Origin: Botryllus schlosseri
Lineage: Eukaryota
Reading direction: 5' to 3'
DNA: 64,000 bases
Assembly: GCA_051294905.1 (NCBI GenBank)
Contig: CM119385.1
Span: 8,060,001 to 8,124,000, forward strand
The position numbers and the translations under genes are program-made. Below, piece by piece: positions 61,273 to 64,000 of this stretch. Each line of letters opens with the position of its first letter. Position 1 is the first letter of the stretch. The notes below the pieces were generated by a model. It made no database searches, was not told the origin of the DNA, and saw only the letters and a list, made by a program, of their open reading frames with translations.

Positions 61273-64000
61273 CTGAATATAAATAGTATAACAATGTTTA
61301 TCTGTCGATATGTCTGTCGCCAAAATGATGACCTTTTTTTAGTCAACACCACAAGATTTCCAGTAATTATCTCAAAATCAGCTGTTTTCAATTTCGGTAA
61401 AGGAAATTTTTGGATTTTGAATTAATATGATATGACGCCAAAGTCTTCCACCTGACGCGTACGTGTGTATTTAGCATTTGGGATGGCGAACATTCGCTTT
61501 GCGATACTTCAACGTTGTATACCAGTGATGCTTGAATGTTTGGACATTAAAAATGTTGGTTTGGATTTCTTTAAAAAATCCAGCTTTAAAGATCAGGTAT
61601 TGTGTATCCAAGCTACCCTTCCTAATACCATGTCGTTCACAGGCTCCACATTCTTTGTGAATATGGGAGCGATATGTAAGAGAAAAATGCGCATCGTTCG
61701 AACCTTCCCGAGCTTGACACTACTTGTCAGTTGTCACTTGATGGCGTCGGGCGCTGATATAGTCAACAGTACCTATTGCGTACTATAGCAATTTACCTGC
61801 ACTCTGATTTGCAGCCGCGAGTGCCGTGTCCAACGCTATCGGCATGTGTATGTAATTTCTAAAATGGTGATTATGCTACAATGAATTTTGACGCAGGCGC
61901 TATGAGCATATAGGTGCTGATAGTACAAACTGCAGACAGTATCATCCAGCGAATTACGGATACCTATATATGCGTGCCTAATCTAGGCATTTCAAAGTTT
62001 GCAATTGTCTGCGGCGGGCTGAGTGTGTCGAATACCGCTTGTACGATACGTGCAGGACTGCAAGAGTGCAAGTGCTTGTTGCCAATTAGTGACTTACGCG
62101 TCTGCCGCTCAGGATTTGTTTGGGTTTCATTGATATAGCGTCTGATATTCTACATGTATATATGGAATATAAATAAAATATATGGTTCCACCATGTAGAT
62201 TACTAAGAGGACTGCATGTACCTCAACGTTTTTATGTTCATAAATCGGCAGAATCCGGCTTGATGCTTGCGCACTGCCCAGCTATTCGATAAAATTTATT
62301 GTAATACGCGTTCGTCGTAGATACGTCTTCAAAAGGTAAATTTCTACGTAACAAGCCCGTTGTTTCGTTGCAATCGCTATTGAAAGTTGGGCCGTAGCGC
62401 CGTTAGATATGGAGCGCGTAGTTGTTATGGCTATAAATACGAAAATATGCTAAATTAAACGTAAATCGTAGTGGCATGGCTTATGCCAGGGCGGGGCGAG
62501 GTAAATACGCCAAATCAACCAAGCAATAGTTTCAGCCGGTAGCGTTAATGCAGTCTAGAACTTATTATGTGGAACCTTCTTCGATTTCGCCTTGCAGGCG
62601 AGATCTCATTTACAACTAGGGGCGCCGATAAATGTCTGAAGTAATTACGTGTATTACCGAATATACTTTTCGACGTAATGAAGACGAATGATCCCATAAC
62701 ATCCAATTCGAAAATTTGGAGGGCGAATTTCGCCGCCTGGTGACACTAGTGGATTATTGAGTAATCTTGCAGAGGAGCTCTCTGGTTAGATGGTGTATTT
62801 TGCATCCAATTTAGCAAGCATAAACATAGTTATGGGTGCTTACCGAGATTTCAACAATTGCGCGACACCTCGGGCATGTCACACTCACAAGATCGCAAGA
62901 GTTCGGACGGGTTGGGTATCTTTCATCTCACGTAGATTACTTATGAATAAGATAAATATATTTGTACTGGTTTACATCTCTAGGAAAGCAGCGTGTAAGG
63001 TCGGATATTTCCATTGTGACGCGTCACCATGAGCTTTTGGATCATAGTAGCAAAAGGTCAAGAACCATTGCTTTATATGCGTTCATACTTTATGAGTTAC
63101 GACGGGGATCAAGACCTGAAAATGTTTGGAACAGACATGGAACTTACCATATTGCAAATGACGTCTACGTGTCTATTCATTTTTGGATTATATAATAGAC
63201 ATCAGTATCATTCTAGCGAATAATTAGGACTTAGTTGCGCGAATCGCTCTTAAAATACCACCGTCACAGTTGTTAATACGGATTCCGACTAATTTTGGAT
63301 ATGCGTCAATTCCCTAATGCAAATTTTATGGTGATTATCCGCGTAGATGCATTGGGCGGTCATCGCTTATATATCAAGCGCTGGATGTGCAAAAAGAAAG
63401 ATTAATACTACGCACCTTTAACCGAAGCCACTTCAGGCAGGCGAAAGCGAAAGCCACTTTTTAGTTCCGCCTCCAGCCTCTGCCTTATGAGAGAATCCAT
63501 CAGGGCTGTACTTGGAGTCTCTACGTTGAGAATAGAAGTTCCAAGAAACGCGTATGTGTCTGAAAGTGCATTGTAGCGTGATTGTTTTAATATGAGATGG
63601 GGTGCATGCATTCCGATTACTATCAAAACCAGTGGTTCCCAAACTTTTTCGGTGTGAGGGCCAAATTTAGAATTCCAGAGTACGGTCGGGGCCGCACGAA
63701 TACTACGGCTATGAAACGGACTCAAATAGTCATCATGGCTATTTCGGAGTAGTTTAATTGCCCTGGCGAGATTTCAAAACTGCACACTGTTTACTGCTAC
63801 TTATCTGCTGCATTGAGTGTCCGTTGAGTGACTCAGCTTTTCTCGCCTAAACGCGCGAAGCGCGAGAAATTTCTTTAGTTTCAAGACTGAATCGGTCAAT
63901 ATGACCGGGAATTGCATGTATTGCTATCAATTTTCATCCTGTCTCTGTTCACGTAATCGGATTTACCAGTAGAGCTGAGTGATGTGTGTTTGAAAAGGTA

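Noticed and set aside
61300-63400. Possible further exons of the SEA/EGF gene
   Set aside because: The candidate segments I tried hit stops or gave inconsistent phases, so no exon coordinates are claimed.

Overview
Eukaryotic, AT-rich animal genomic DNA, most likely an ascidian tunicate. This is inferred from the many 55-75 nt GT-AG introns and the Pinhead-Admp gene pair. Seven protein-coding genes can be built by hand: an intronless HAT1 (-), PDZD11 (+), Pinhead (+) immediately upstream of Admp (+), an intronless uncharacterised Cys-rich secreted or anchored protein (-), a 12-exon SOGA/MTCL-family coiled-coil gene ending in a hydrophobic tail (-), and a large SEA/calcium-binding-EGF extracellular protein (-) whose 5' end I could not resolve. 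Most of the remaining sequence is transposon-derived. It includes a 5'-truncated CR1/L2-group LINE plus several 3'-end copies, a decayed ISL2EU-type (PIF/Harbinger group) DNA transposon with ~200 bp TIRs, a foldback element, a tRNA-derived SINE with an RTE-like tail, and many hAT-type MITEs with 8-bp TSDs, some nested three deep. The most notable biology is the Pinhead-Admp cis-regulatory pair. It is already described in Ciona and vertebrates, so it is not new. Here it sits in a ~5.5 kb block with no transposon I could recognise. I found no CRISPR array, rRNA or bona fide tRNA gene, and no clearly novel multi-gene system. All exon models are manual and unverified by transcript data.
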